Positions 1 to 9,635 of a stretch of 64,000 nucleotides of DNA are shown here, piece after piece. Position 1 is the first letter of the stretch. Every line of letters starts with the position of its first letter. The DNA lies in contig CAYURP010000004.1 of NCBI GenBank assembly GCA_964447175.1, positions 58-64,057 on the forward strand, written 5' to 3'. This stretch comes from an uncultured Ignavibacteria bacterium (GTDB lineage: Bacteria > Zixibacteria > MSB-5A5 > SM23-73-2). A program made the position numbers and the translations under genes. The notes beneath the pieces were generated by a model. The model saw nothing but the letters and a program-made list of their open reading frames with translations. It did no database searches and was not told where the DNA came from.

Positions 1-3000
1 AGATGTTCTAACTTTATCAGCAGAGGATATTCCCACTAATGCGAGCTTTGTGGATTCGGGTAATGGAGCGGGATTATTTACCTTTAATCCAGATTATGAC
101 CAAGCTGGGGTACATAATGTTACCTTCATTGTCTCTGATGGTTCGTTGGCGGATACTGAATTGGTTGTTATAACGGTGAATGATGTTAATCGGGCGCCGG
201 CACTGGACTTAATAGGTTCCAAGATAGTGGAAGAGGGCCAGACTTTAGAGTTTAGAGTGAGTGGCACAGATCCGGATGGGGATGCAGTGATATTAACGGC
301 TGAGGATGTTCCCACTAATGCCAGCTTTGTGGATTCGGGCAACGGAGCGGGATCGTTTACTTTTGATCCGGATTACACCCAGTCCGGTTTATACAATGTG
401 ACCTTCATAGTCTCAGATGGGTTGCTTGCGGATTCGGAGTTAGTCTCCATCACGGTGAATGAGGTGGGTAATCATGCGCCGGTACTGGATTCGATTAGAG
501 CCAAATCAGTGGACGAGGGTCAGACCTTAGAATTCAGAGTGAGTACTTCAGATCCGGATGGGGATGCTCTGAGTTTAACAGCTGAAGATGTTCCTTCTAA
601 TGCTTCCTTTGTGGATTCAGGCAATGGAGCGGGGTCCTTTACCTTTAATCCAGATTATGATCAAGCTGGAGTACATAATGTTACCTTCATTGTCTCTGAT
701 GGTTCATTGGCAGATTCAGAGTTAGTGCAGATAACAGTCAATGATATAAATCAAGCACCAGCACTGGACTTGATAGGCTCTAAGATAGTGCAGGAGGGAC
801 AAACCTTAGAGTTCAGGATTAGTGCTTCAGATCCAGATGGTGATGCGATCGTATTATCAGCTGATAGTATTCCTGCAAATGCCAGTTTTGTGGATTCGGG
901 TAATGGAGCAGGATCATTTAGCTTTAATCCGGATTACACCCAATCTGGTTTATACAATGTGATCTTCGTAGCTTCTGATGGTTCGTTAGCTGACTCGGAG
1001 TTAGTATCCGTCACGGTGAATGATGCGGGCAATCAGGCACCGGTACTGGATTCTATTAGAGCTAAGTCAGTAGACGAGGGACAGACCTTAGAATTCAGGG
1101 TGAGCGCTACAGATCCAGATGGAGATGCCCTAATCTTAACAGCTGAAGATGTTCCTACTAATGCGAGCTTTGTGGATTCGGGCAATGGAGCGGGATCATT
1201 TACCTTTAATCCAGATTATGACCAGGCTGGAGTACATAATGTTACCTTTATTACTTCAGATGGTTCTTTGGCGGATACTGAATTGGTAGACATAACGGTG
1301 AATGATGTTAATCGGGCACCGGCCCTGGACTTAATAGGTTCCCAGATAGTGGAGGAGGGCCAGACCTTAGAGTTTAGAGTGAGTGGCACAGATCCGGATG
1401 GGGATGCAGTGATATTAACGGCTGAGGATGTTCCCACTAATGCCAGCTTTGTGGATTCGGGCAACGGAGCGGGATCGTTTACTTTTGATCCGGATTATAC
1501 CCAGTCAGGATTATATAATGTGACCTTCATAGCCTCAGATGGATTGCTTGCGGATTCGGAGTTGGTCTCCATCACGGTGAACGAAGCGGGTAATCAGGTA
1601 CCAGTATTGGATTCCATTGGAGCTAAGTCAGGAGAGGAGGGTCAGACCTTAGAGTTTGGGGTACATGCTACGGATCCAGATGGAGATGCCCTGACTTTAT
1701 CGGCTGAGGATGTTCCCACCAACGCTACTTTTGTGGATTCGGGCAATGGAGCGGGATCATTTACCTTCGATCCGGATTATACTCAGGCGGGATTACACTT
1801 TGTGACCTTTATAGTTTCAGATGGTTCATTGGCTGATTCAGAGTTGGTGGAAATATCGGTATCCGAAGCTGGGAATCAAGCGCCGGTAATTGACTCAATA
1901 GGTCCTCGAATTATTAATGAGGGAAATACCTTAATTATCCTTGTGACAGCCACTGATCCGGACAATGACAGTTTGCTCCTTTCGGTGAGCAATCAACCGT
2001 CTAATTCCAGCTTCATAGACAGTGGAAACGGAATTGGATTATTCACCTTTACTCCAGATTACTATCAATCTGGAGTGGATACCGTATCTTTCCTGGCAAT
2101 GGAGAAAAAGGAAAATCCATTGTCTGATTTTGAGAATGTAATCATAACTATAATTGATATAAATCAACCGCCAGTTTTTGATTCCATTGGACCTCAGAAT
2201 GTAGCAGTTTATCAGACCTTGAGAATTAGGGTGGTAGGAACAGATCTCACAGACCCGGATGGCGGGGCATTGCACTTAACCGCAGCCCACCTGCCCCTTA
2301 ACTCAACCTTTACAGACAGCGGAGGGGGAGTTGGCGGATTTGTCTTTGCTCCTGATACCTCTCAGATGGGGAGTGATACTGTAATATTCTATTGCTCGGA
2401 TGAAGGGTCACCCCCTGCTACTGGTTCGGAAACGGTGATTATTACTGTACAACAGGGGGCTAATCAGGCGCCTGTGCTGCAATACATTGGTTCTAAACAG
2501 GTTACAGAAGGCCAGACTTTGAGTTTTAAAGTCTCAGCATCAGATCCCAATGGAACTATACCCATTCTATACACTGGCAGTTTGCCCAGGAATGCTGCAT
2601 TTGTCGACAGCGGTAATGGTAGAGGTCTGTTTACCTTTTCACCTGACTACTCCCAACAGGGTTTGAAGGAGGTTACTTTCTATGCCAGTGACGGGCAGCT
2701 TGTGGATTACGAAAAAGTGTTGATTCAGGTCAAGGACGCTGGTAATCAACGCCCCACTTTGGATTCGATTGGAGCCAAATCTGTGACTGAGGGAGATACC
2801 TTAACATTCAGCGTTCATGCTACAGATCCAGATAGTACCAAACCCGGATTGTTTGCAGAGAATTTACCGATCAATGCCAGTTTTGTAGATAATGGTAATG
2901 GAAACGGGATCTTTACCTTTACTCCGGTATATGTACAATCCGGAACATACAATATCCTCTTCTTCGCCTATGATGGAGAATTGGCTGACTCTGAGGTGGT

Positions 3001-4438
3001 ACAAATCACAGTGAATGACGCTGGAAATCAGACTCCGGTTATGACTCCCATCGATTCTCAGGTGGTAGTGGAGGGACAACAATTGGTGATTTACGTTGAA
3101 GCCATTGATCCTGATAGCACCATTCCTTTTCTCAGAGCCTGGAACGTCCCGAGTAATGCTACTTTCACCGATATTGGCGATGGAAACGGAACGTTTGTCT
3201 TCAATCCCACCTATTTCCAGGCAGGGGTGGATACTGTTATATTCGAGGCTGTGGATTACGAGGATTCACTGGTGAAGGTTAGCCAGAGTGTTCAGATTAC
3301 CGTACAAAATGTAAACCGGCGACCTGTTTTCCAGCAGGTATCCACCCAGCAGTTGAATGAAGGAGACACGTTGATCTTCAATGTAATTGCTACCGATCCG
3401 GATAGCACTTTTCCCACACTTTTCTGTACACCCAAACCTCAGAATTCCACATTCTACGATTCTGGTAACGGGGTGGGAACATTTAGTTTCTATCCGGCCT
3501 ATTTTCAATCCGGAACCTTTTACCCCATGTTTTTTGCGATTGATAATGAATTACCAGCTGAGCCGGAAACAGCATACATGCAGGTTCAGATTATCGTTTA
3601 TGATGTTCCTCAGCCTCCAGCATGGGCTGATATCCCTGACACTTCCGTAACTGAGGGAGACACTTTAATTCTGCAGGTGAGCGCATCCGATCCGGATGGA
3701 GTTCCGCCGACTCTTTCAACTGTCGGATTACCCTCCAATTCCACCTTTACGGATCATAAGAATGGAACAGGTACATTTACTTTTACTCCCAACTTTGTGC
3801 AGGCTGGAACCTCCTGGGTTAGCTTCATTGCCACTGATCTTACCTCTATGGCTGATACTGAACAGGTGCAGATTGTAATAACAGAAGCTGGTAATCGATC
3901 TCCCATCTTAGCTTTGCTTCAGACAGAATGGGTTATTCCTGCCATATACGGTGACTCTTTCACCGTTTCTGCTGCGGATCCGGATTCGACCATTCCGGTT
4001 TTAAGTGCGGTCCAGCTTCCCCATAACGCAGGTTTTTACGACAGTGGCACTGGTGCGGGATTATTTACCTTTATCCCCGATACCACACAAGCGGATTCGG
4101 TATATGAGATCATATTCATCGCCTCAGATGGACTTTTAGCTGATTCTCATGCTGTGATCTGCTCTGTAATCGCCTATACCAGAGGGGATGCCAATGGGGA
4201 CGGGAATGTAAGCATAGCTGATGCAGTTTATCTGGTAAATTACCTTTTCAACGATGGCCCCACTCCTGTTCCCTGGGGTGCTGGAGATGCTAACGGGGAT
4301 GGTAATGTAAGTATAGTGGATGTGGTTTATCTGGTTAATTATCTTTTCAATGATGGTCCACCACCGCCAAAAATCGAGTGGATAGGCATTGGTTCAGACG
4401 AAAAGGGTAAATCAAACTTGGATAATCTAAAAAATTAA
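1..4438 (+). CDS. Giant secreted surface protein (adhesin), 5'-partial. It has at least 15 tandem ~95-aa cadherin-like/He_PIG Ig-like repeats and a C-terminal tandem type-I dockerin module.
   Basis: The reading frame is open from base 2, and translation of bases 2-49 continues the repeat sequence (DVLTLSAEDIPTNASFVDSG). The repeat unit is 'DPDGDA..LTAEDVP.NASFVDSGNGAGSFTF.PDY.Q.G..NVTF..SDG.LADSELV.ITVN..N.AP'. The C-terminus reads 'GDANGDGNVSIADAVYLVNYLFNDGP...GDANGDGNVSIVDVVYLVNYLFNDGPPPP', which matches the dockerin calcium-binding loop-helix pattern D-x-N-x-D-G-x-V-S-I-x-D-x-V-x-L-x-x-Y-L. Confidence 0.8.
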   Translation, partial: DVLTLSAEDIPTNASFVDSGNGAGLFTFNPDYDQAGVHNVTFIVSDGSLADTELVVITVNDVNRAPALDLIGSKIVEEGQTLEFRVSGTDPDGDAVILTAEDVPTNASFVDSGNGAGSFTFDPDYTQSGLYNVTFIVSDGLLADSELVSITVNEVGNHAPVLDSIRAKSVDEGQTLEFRVSTSDPDGDALSLTAEDVPSNASFVDSGNGAGSFTFNPDYDQAGVHNVTFIVSDGSLADSELVQITVNDINQAPALDLIGSKIVQEGQTLEFRISASDPDGDAIVLSADSIPANASFVDSGNGAGSFSFNPDYTQSGLYNVIFVASDGSLADSELVSVTVNDAGNQAPVLDSIRAKSVDEGQTLEFRVSATDPDGDALILTAEDVPTNASFVDSGNGAGSFTFNPDYDQAGVHNVTFITSDGSLADTELVDITVNDVNRAPALDLIGSQIVEEGQTLEFRVSGTDPDGDAVILTAEDVPTNASFVDSGNGAGSFTFDPDYTQSGLYNVTFIASDGLLADSELVSITVNEAGNQVPVLDSIGAKSGEEGQTLEFGVHATDPDGDALTLSAEDVPTNATFVDSGNGAGSFTFDPDYTQAGLHFVTFIVSDGSLADSELVEISVSEAGNQAPVIDSIGPRIINEGNTLIILVTATDPDNDSLLLSVSNQPSNSSFIDSGNGIGLFTFTPDYYQSGVDTVSFLAMEKKENPLSDFENVIITIIDINQPPVFDSIGPQNVAVYQTLRIRVVGTDLTDPDGGALHLTAAHLPLNSTFTDSGGGVGGFVFAPDTSQMGSDTVIFYCSDEGSPPATGSETVIITVQQGANQAPVLQYIGSKQVTEGQTLSFKVSASDPNGTIPILYTGSLPRNAAFVDSGNGRGLFTFSPDYSQQGLKEVTFYASDGQLVDYEKVLIQVKDAGNQRPTLDSIGAKSVTEGDTLTFSVHATDPDSTKPGLFAENLPINASFVDNGNGNGIFTFTPVYVQSGTYNILFFAYDGELADSEVVQITVNDAGNQTPVMTPIDSQVVVEGQQLVIYVEAIDPDSTIPFLRAWNVPSNATFTDIGDGNGTFVFNPTYFQAGVDTVIFEAVDYEDSLVKVSQSVQITVQNVNRRPVFQQVSTQQLNEGDTLIFNVIATDPDSTFPTLFCTPKPQNSTFYDSGNGVGTFSFYPAYFQSGTFYPMFFAIDNELPAEPETAYMQVQIIVYDVPQPPAWADIPDTSVTEGDTLILQVSASDPDGVPPTLSTVGLPSNSTFTDHKNGTGTFTFTPNFVQAGTSWVSFIATDLTSMADTEQVQIVITEAGNRSPILALLQTEWVIPAIYGDSFTVSAADPDSTIPVLSAVQLPHNAGFYDSGTGAGLFTFIPDTTQADSVYEIIFIASDGLLADSHAVICSVIAYTRGDANGDGNVSIADAVYLVNYLFNDGPTPVPWGAGDANGDGNVSIVDVVYLVNYLFNDGPPPPKIEWIGIGSDEKGKSNLDNLKN

Positions 4439-4578
4439 GGTAAACACCTAGGTAGTTTTTTGGGTGCTGGATTAAAAAAACTCCTGTCTTGACGATATAA
4501 AAATGAGAATCCCTTAGTTGACAAAAAGTTAGGAGAATAAAAAAATGAACAAAAAAAGCGGGAAGGGGCAAAAAAGAC

Positions 4579-4613
4579 TTGACAAATTCATTTTTTTGTT
4601 TTAATTATATAAT
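4579..4613 (+). promoter_or_regulatory. Conserved upstream motif TTGACAAATT-N16-TTATATAAT (copy 1 of 3), about 300 bp before the 4922 gene.
   Basis: The box is 'cTTGACAAATTcatttttttgttttaaTTATATaat'. The same box with the same spacing occurs at 8346 and 44426. Confidence 0.35.
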
Positions 4614-4921
4614 GAGAAGTTGTAAGAGATTATGAGCAATGTGATTTAATCGCAAGTTAGAGCGATAAGTTAACCTCGTGGGAGTAAATATCTAAAAAAG
4701 TTACTTGCTCAAAGAAAGTCTCAATTAGTAAGAAGCTACTGTGAATTTGTTTATTTTCCCATTATGGAGAAAAAGTTGAGAGTGGGAGATAAAATTATAC
4801 ATAGACCTGATGATGCAATTAACTTCTTAGCGTTTGGAAGGAGGTGAGAACCGGCAGATTTGTAGCAGAGGACTAATCTGGAGGGGAAAATCTATAAAAC
4901 CAAAGAGGAAAGGAGCAAGAG

Positions 4922-7900
4922 ATGGCAAAAAGACTAATGCTATTTCTGGCAGTGCTTTTGGTGGTTCTATTTACTGCCGGAATGGTCTGGAGCGCCAAAC
5001 AGAATCCCGATTTGCTTAAACCTGATCGTCCCATAAGAGGTGATGAATCATCCTTTGACTATCTGATAACCAAAGCTTCCACAGTTTTTCCGAATGCTTT
5101 TTGCGAGGAGACTACCATTCTTTCGCCCTATGACACTTGCATAGGCTGCACCTGGTACGATTATCAGCACAACTCCCGTATCCCCAGAATGTGCGCTAAC
5201 GATTATCAGACCATCGCTGCTGGCGGACATGGTCATCATTATTCTTTTATGTATCAGGATGCCTGGGGCGATGCAGGCAAAAGATACATAAACGTGACTT
5301 ACTATGATGCCGATTATGGCTGGGAGACGATTCCTGCACCCGTCATCACGGCTCAGGGTTACAGGGCTGGTTATTGTGGTATGAATATATTCCTGGATGG
5401 CCGAAGCGTACCCTACTATCATACCACTGGGGTAGTCGCCCCCAATCCCAATGATCTGGGCACGGTAATCAGCATCGAACCCAATCTTCCCGGGAAGTTA
5501 GAGTTTAAGAATAACAAGTACTGGTATGATATTCCGGACAGTGTAAACACTGAATTCATAGGTATGTGGCCCGCGGCAGATGTGGACTTCGATGATCAGA
5601 TCCATATTGTGATGAATGAGGGCGATACTGCAGCTGGTATAAGCTGGATGGGATATGTCCGCTGCACGGAGGGCCCGGATTCAGGCCAGATTACCTGTCA
5701 ATCGCCTGGATTGCCTATATACATTATTAACAAGGAGACTCCGTATTGGAATCCCATTAATCGTTGCATGGCCTTTGATTCTGCTGGAGTTATCGGTGCT
5801 AACTTGACCTGCTCCAGGGTTTCCAATAAGGTGGCCATCTGTTATGCAGCACTGGCAGAGACAGAGGACGATTCCACCTTGTATCAGGTTTCAAACGACG
5901 CCTTCTATCTCGAGTCCACCAATGGCGGTGATAACTGGTTTAGTGATCCCGACTCAATGCAATTCAGACGCAACTGCAGCCAGTATAAGGTGACAGATAA
6001 GATGCGTTGTTACGGAGAGGTAACTGCGGTATATGACTTTAATGATGACCTGCACGTCTACTGGTATACCCATTATTATGACAAGGTAGCAAATGAAGTC
6101 GACATAAACGATATTGCTCTGTGGCACTTCAGCGAGAATACCGTAAGGTTCTGCGATGGGGAATCTGTTTATGCCAACAAGATTACCGCAGCCAACTGGG
6201 AGGAGGCCACTGCCGGTGCATGGAACAGGCTGATAGCCAAGATCACCTCAGGAGTAGGTATACTGGAGGGAGATAACGAGAACTACCTGTATATCACCTG
6301 GACTCAGTTTGACACGGCCAAGTGGAACGATGCCGGAAATCAGACTCAGGGCGATTTATATACCACTGTTTCCACCGATGCTGGAATGACCTGGATGATA
6401 CCGGTTAACATTACCAACAGCACGGTTGACAGCTGTGTAGCTGGTCAATGTGCCAGCGATCACTGGGGCTCCATGGCTGAAAGGGTGGATGATTATCTCC
6501 ATTTGCAGTGGATCTATGATCTGGATGTGGGAGGCGCGGTTCAGGATGAGGGAGAGCCGACCAATAATCCGGTGCTGGTTTATGATTTCCCCAAGAGCAG
6601 TATTCCCTTGGAAAATAAGGCTCGAATTGGTTGGACTCCATCAGATTTCATCATCCCCTATGTCCATTGTCCCAAAAATGGCCAGACCACGACTACTTTA
6701 ACCGTAGAGAATATCGGAACTGCGACATTATCCAGCATCAGCCTAAGCGAATCTGCAACCTGGCTCAGCATCGGAACCTGTCCTTCGTCCATTGTTGCAG
6801 GCGGCTGCCCGGCAAAAGTGACCTTGACCATCACGGGCCAGGGCGCTGAGGAGTTCTATGTGGACAGCATCCACGTGACCTCCAACGACCAGGCTGGGAA
6901 TAACGACTTCTACGTCAGATTGCATGTGGTTATGTCCGACGTCTATGTGACTGAGGAGGATACCACAATTGATAATCCCACCATGTATGTTGGGTTTGCC
7001 AACGTGGGTAACCTGGGTGACCAGACCGATACTACCGGATACTATCTACACCAGGATGACAATGAACCCTACTTTCTGTACGACGGTACTGTGCTCCTGG
7101 CATTTACCGATTCCAATATTCCCGCAGATTCCCTGGTGGGCAGGTGGATCTTTGATGAACACTACCTACTGCCGGAAAGGGATGCGATTGTGACTGATAA
7201 TGCTCAGCTTAAAACCAAAATTGTGGATGCTGAGTTTAGTCCAACCACTCCCCAGGCACCATTGCCCTGGCATCACCGCTGGTGGTATTGGACCATCCGG
7301 ACCAAGGATTACATGTTCTACAGCCAATCCGCGACAGAAAATCTGGAACAGTACGTGACATTGAGGTATATCAAGCTCTATTATAATCCTCCTCCACCTT
7401 GGTGGCCAGACATAACTCCACCTACTTCTATTCCTGTTACCTATGTGGGTATGGGTCTGGATATTGACGCGCCTTCCGATTCCGGAGCATGGAACTATCC
7501 AGGCATAGATGAGAGCCGGCGGATGGCGTTTCTGCGAGGTTATGGTGGAACCAACGAAAACTACCGTATGGCTATAGCCCAGAGGGATACCTGTTACTGG
7601 ACTATCGGTCCTGTAGGTCCCGTTTATTGCTGCTGGCCGGATCCCGGCATAATTACAAAAGACATTCCTTTTGCCATGCACGTTTTGAGAAACGATTCAA
7701 CGGTCTATCCGCACGGTGGTTATTATGATCCTGAGCTTTACAAGTGGATGAGCATGCCTGGCGATTCCATCCTACCGGATTCTTCAGGTGACACACCTCC
7801 GGAGGACTACAACATAATCACAACAGGGAGGATAATTCCTGCCGGGACCTTCCCGCCAGTTGATACTTATGAGGTAGCTTATGCTCTGGTTGTCGCAGAT

Positions 7901-8155
7901 GAGTATGAGATCGACAAAATGAATGATATCGTGGATATGGTCATGTGCGGAAACGCTAACAGAGACCAGGCAGTTACTATCGCGGATGTGGTTTATATCG
8001 TTAGCTTCCTGTTTAAGAGTGGAGCCGAACCCTGGGTCTATGCAGCTGATGTTAATGCAAGTGGTGATGTAACCATAGCTGATTGTGTGTATCTGGTCAG
8101 CTACTTATTCAAGAGTGGACCACCACCACAATGTTCCAAGGACTGGAAACCATAG
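4922..8155 (+). CDS. Large secreted BNR/Asp-box repeat protein (sialidase-like beta-propeller fold) with an Ig-like region and a C-terminal tandem dockerin module.
   Basis: The N-terminal signal peptide is MAKRLMLFLAVLLVVLFTAGMVWSA. Asp-box-like motifs are 'STDAGMTW' and 'STNGGDNW'. The C-terminus 'NANRDQAVTIADVVYIVSFLFKSG...DVNASGDVTIADCVYLVSYLFKSGPPP' is dockerin-like. A good RBS, aggaaaggagcaagagATG, precedes the start. Confidence 0.75.
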   Translation: MAKRLMLFLAVLLVVLFTAGMVWSAKQNPDLLKPDRPIRGDESSFDYLITKASTVFPNAFCEETTILSPYDTCIGCTWYDYQHNSRIPRMCANDYQTIAAGGHGHHYSFMYQDAWGDAGKRYINVTYYDADYGWETIPAPVITAQGYRAGYCGMNIFLDGRSVPYYHTTGVVAPNPNDLGTVISIEPNLPGKLEFKNNKYWYDIPDSVNTEFIGMWPAADVDFDDQIHIVMNEGDTAAGISWMGYVRCTEGPDSGQITCQSPGLPIYIINKETPYWNPINRCMAFDSAGVIGANLTCSRVSNKVAICYAALAETEDDSTLYQVSNDAFYLESTNGGDNWFSDPDSMQFRRNCSQYKVTDKMRCYGEVTAVYDFNDDLHVYWYTHYYDKVANEVDINDIALWHFSENTVRFCDGESVYANKITAANWEEATAGAWNRLIAKITSGVGILEGDNENYLYITWTQFDTAKWNDAGNQTQGDLYTTVSTDAGMTWMIPVNITNSTVDSCVAGQCASDHWGSMAERVDDYLHLQWIYDLDVGGAVQDEGEPTNNPVLVYDFPKSSIPLENKARIGWTPSDFIIPYVHCPKNGQTTTTLTVENIGTATLSSISLSESATWLSIGTCPSSIVAGGCPAKVTLTITGQGAEEFYVDSIHVTSNDQAGNNDFYVRLHVVMSDVYVTEEDTTIDNPTMYVGFANVGNLGDQTDTTGYYLHQDDNEPYFLYDGTVLLAFTDSNIPADSLVGRWIFDEHYLLPERDAIVTDNAQLKTKIVDAEFSPTTPQAPLPWHHRWWYWTIRTKDYMFYSQSATENLEQYVTLRYIKLYYNPPPPWWPDITPPTSIPVTYVGMGLDIDAPSDSGAWNYPGIDESRRMAFLRGYGGTNENYRMAIAQRDTCYWTIGPVGPVYCCWPDPGIITKDIPFAMHVLRNDSTVYPHGGYYDPELYKWMSMPGDSILPDSSGDTPPEDYNIITTGRIIPAGTFPPVDTYEVAYALVVADEYEIDKMNDIVDMVMCGNANRDQAVTIADVVYIVSFLFKSGAEPWVYAADVNASGDVTIADCVYLVSYLFKSGPPPQCSKDWKP

Positions 8156-8181
8156 AATTTTGACCATATTGAGGATGGATT

Positions 8182-8218
8182 ATGGGATGGGATGTGATTT
8201 CCCATCCCATAATTTTAT
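8182..8218 (+). terminator. Rho-independent terminator after the 4922-8155 gene.
   Basis: There is a perfect 11-bp stem ATGGGATGGGA/TCCCATCCCAT with loop tgtgatt, followed by aattttat. Confidence 0.6.
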
Positions 8219-8345
8219 CTCCAATCTCCTGTTTAAACCAGTACAAGACTAATTCCAGTTTAAACTTAGCATAATCCATAAATCCAGTTTTCTTGATCCA
8301 AAATTTCCCTTAAGAAACACGATTTCATTTTTTTAAATTTTTTTG

Positions 8346-8380
8346 TTGACAAATTAGTTTGGATTTCTTTATTATAAGAT
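8346..8380 (+). promoter_or_regulatory. Conserved upstream motif TTGACAAATT-N16-TTATAAGAT (copy 2 of 3).
   Basis: The box is 'gTTGACAAATTagtttggatttctttaTTATAagat', about 165 bp upstream of the ATG at 8544. Confidence 0.35.
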
Positions 8381-8543
8381 AAAGAAAATGGAGGAGATAT
8401 TTGAGAACTGAAATTTAAAAGGAGGTGAAAAGATATATAACTTGTGTGTCAGCTCAGATTTAGATGATAGTCTTGGCTGAAGGTAAATTTAACTTTAGTA
8501 AAGGATTTGAAAGGATGAACAAAAAAACAGAGAGGGGTGAGTA

Positions 8544-9446
8544 ATGAATAAAAGAATTTTATTGTTGTCTTTTTCTTTAATCCTCGGTTTTTTGATGTTC
8601 GGTTTTTCTTCTGTTTATGCACAGGCACAACCATCTGAGGATGATACCATTGAGGTTGAAAAGATTACAGATATGCCCTCTGGAACATCGGTAGCAGTTA
8701 ATGTCTGGCTCAAAACAGATAGGAATTTGGGCGGTCTGACGATCCCCTTGAAATTCAGAAGTGCAGAGGGCGATACTGCCTTGGATGTGGAGTGTGATTC
8801 CATCCACTGGTCTGATTGGTTTTGGGATAATGTATCCTCTATCTATACCGGACAAGATACTACATCCTATATCGACAGCACGAATAAGACAATTTTAGTC
8901 TATGCACTTTGGTTTGGAATACCACCTTCAGCTGAATATCTGCCGGCAAACGATTCAGTAATCTTTACCATTTATTTCACTACTGGAACATATTGGGACC
9001 CAGGTGTGCCAGCTAAAATTGACACCTTCAGTATTGAATATCCCAAAAAACTTCTCACTATAGTCGATGAATCGACATTAGAAGACTTTATACCTATTTA
9101 TAAACCTGGCTCTTTAGGCGAGTTTAGCTGGGTTAGGGAAATTGGTGAGGAAGAAGCTAACGTTCCTGAGAAGTTTGTTCTGAACCAGAACTATCCCAAC
9201 CCCTTTAACCCCACCACCATAATCAGGTTCGCTCTTCCTGAGAATAGCTGGGTTAAAGTTGAAGTGTTTAACATTTTAGGACAGAAGATAACTACCTTGG
9301 TGGACGAGCATCTAACTGCCGGTTATAAGGAAACTGGGTGGGATGGTACAGATTCCAAGGGAACGAATGTGGCATCAGGAATATACTTCTACAAGATCAA
9401 AGCCAATAACTTCACGGACATCAAGAAAATGGTGCTATTGAAGTAA
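8544..9446 (+). CDS. Secreted protein of unknown function with a C-terminal T9SS sorting domain (Por_Secre_tail, type A).
   Basis: It has a signal peptide (MNKRILLLSFSLILGFLMFGFSSVYAQA). The C-terminus reads 'LNQNYPNPFNPTTIIRFALPENSWVKVEVFNILGQKITTLVDEHLTAGYKETGWDGTDSKGTNVASGIYFYKIKANNFTDIKKMVLLK', the canonical T9SS CTD signature. Confidence 0.8.
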   Translation: MNKRILLLSFSLILGFLMFGFSSVYAQAQPSEDDTIEVEKITDMPSGTSVAVNVWLKTDRNLGGLTIPLKFRSAEGDTALDVECDSIHWSDWFWDNVSSIYTGQDTTSYIDSTNKTILVYALWFGIPPSAEYLPANDSVIFTIYFTTGTYWDPGVPAKIDTFSIEYPKKLLTIVDESTLEDFIPIYKPGSLGEFSWVREIGEEEANVPEKFVLNQNYPNPFNPTTIIRFALPENSWVKVEVFNILGQKITTLVDEHLTAGYKETGWDGTDSKGTNVASGIYFYKIKANNFTDIKKMVLLK

Positions 9447-9474
9447 CCATTTTCCAAAAACTGTATGTTTTATT

Positions 9475-9511
9475 CCCTTCCTCTTTTTTCAAGGGGAGGG
9501 GAATTTTATTT
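9475..9511 (+). terminator. Rho-independent terminator between the convergent 8544 and GH57 genes.
   Basis: The stem is CCCTTCCTC/GGGGAGGGG (9 bp including 2 G:U pairs) with loop ttttttcaa, followed by aattttattt. Confidence 0.5.
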
Positions 9512-9635
9512 GGCTTGCAAGTTGTTCTACCACAAAAACTTAAAGTTGAGGTTTTTTTACGGTATACAAATAATACTCCCTGAAAAATGAATCAATTAAC
9601 TTTATTAGGATTGAAAAAGCTCCTTTAATACTGGG

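Noticed and set aside
94-342. An 82-aa antisense ORF, and its near-identical twin at 1216-1464(-), lie inside the giant repeat gene.
   Set aside because: They are shadow ORFs on the opposite strand of a strongly supported repeat-protein frame. Their near-identity only reflects the internal DNA duplication.
4834-5019. A 61-aa ORF overlaps the start of the 4922 gene.
   Set aside because: The main 1077-aa frame has a strong RBS and signal peptide. The short ORF is out of frame and unsupported.
4545-8543. Possible conserved upstream mini-ORFs beginning MNKK (4545: MNKKSGKGQKRLDKFIFLF; 8517: MNKKTERGE).
   Set aside because: Only two instances exist. The second merely coincides with the RBS region of the main gene (GAGNGGGGTGAGNAAATG is also shared with the 44530 start region). 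This is insufficient to call leader peptides.
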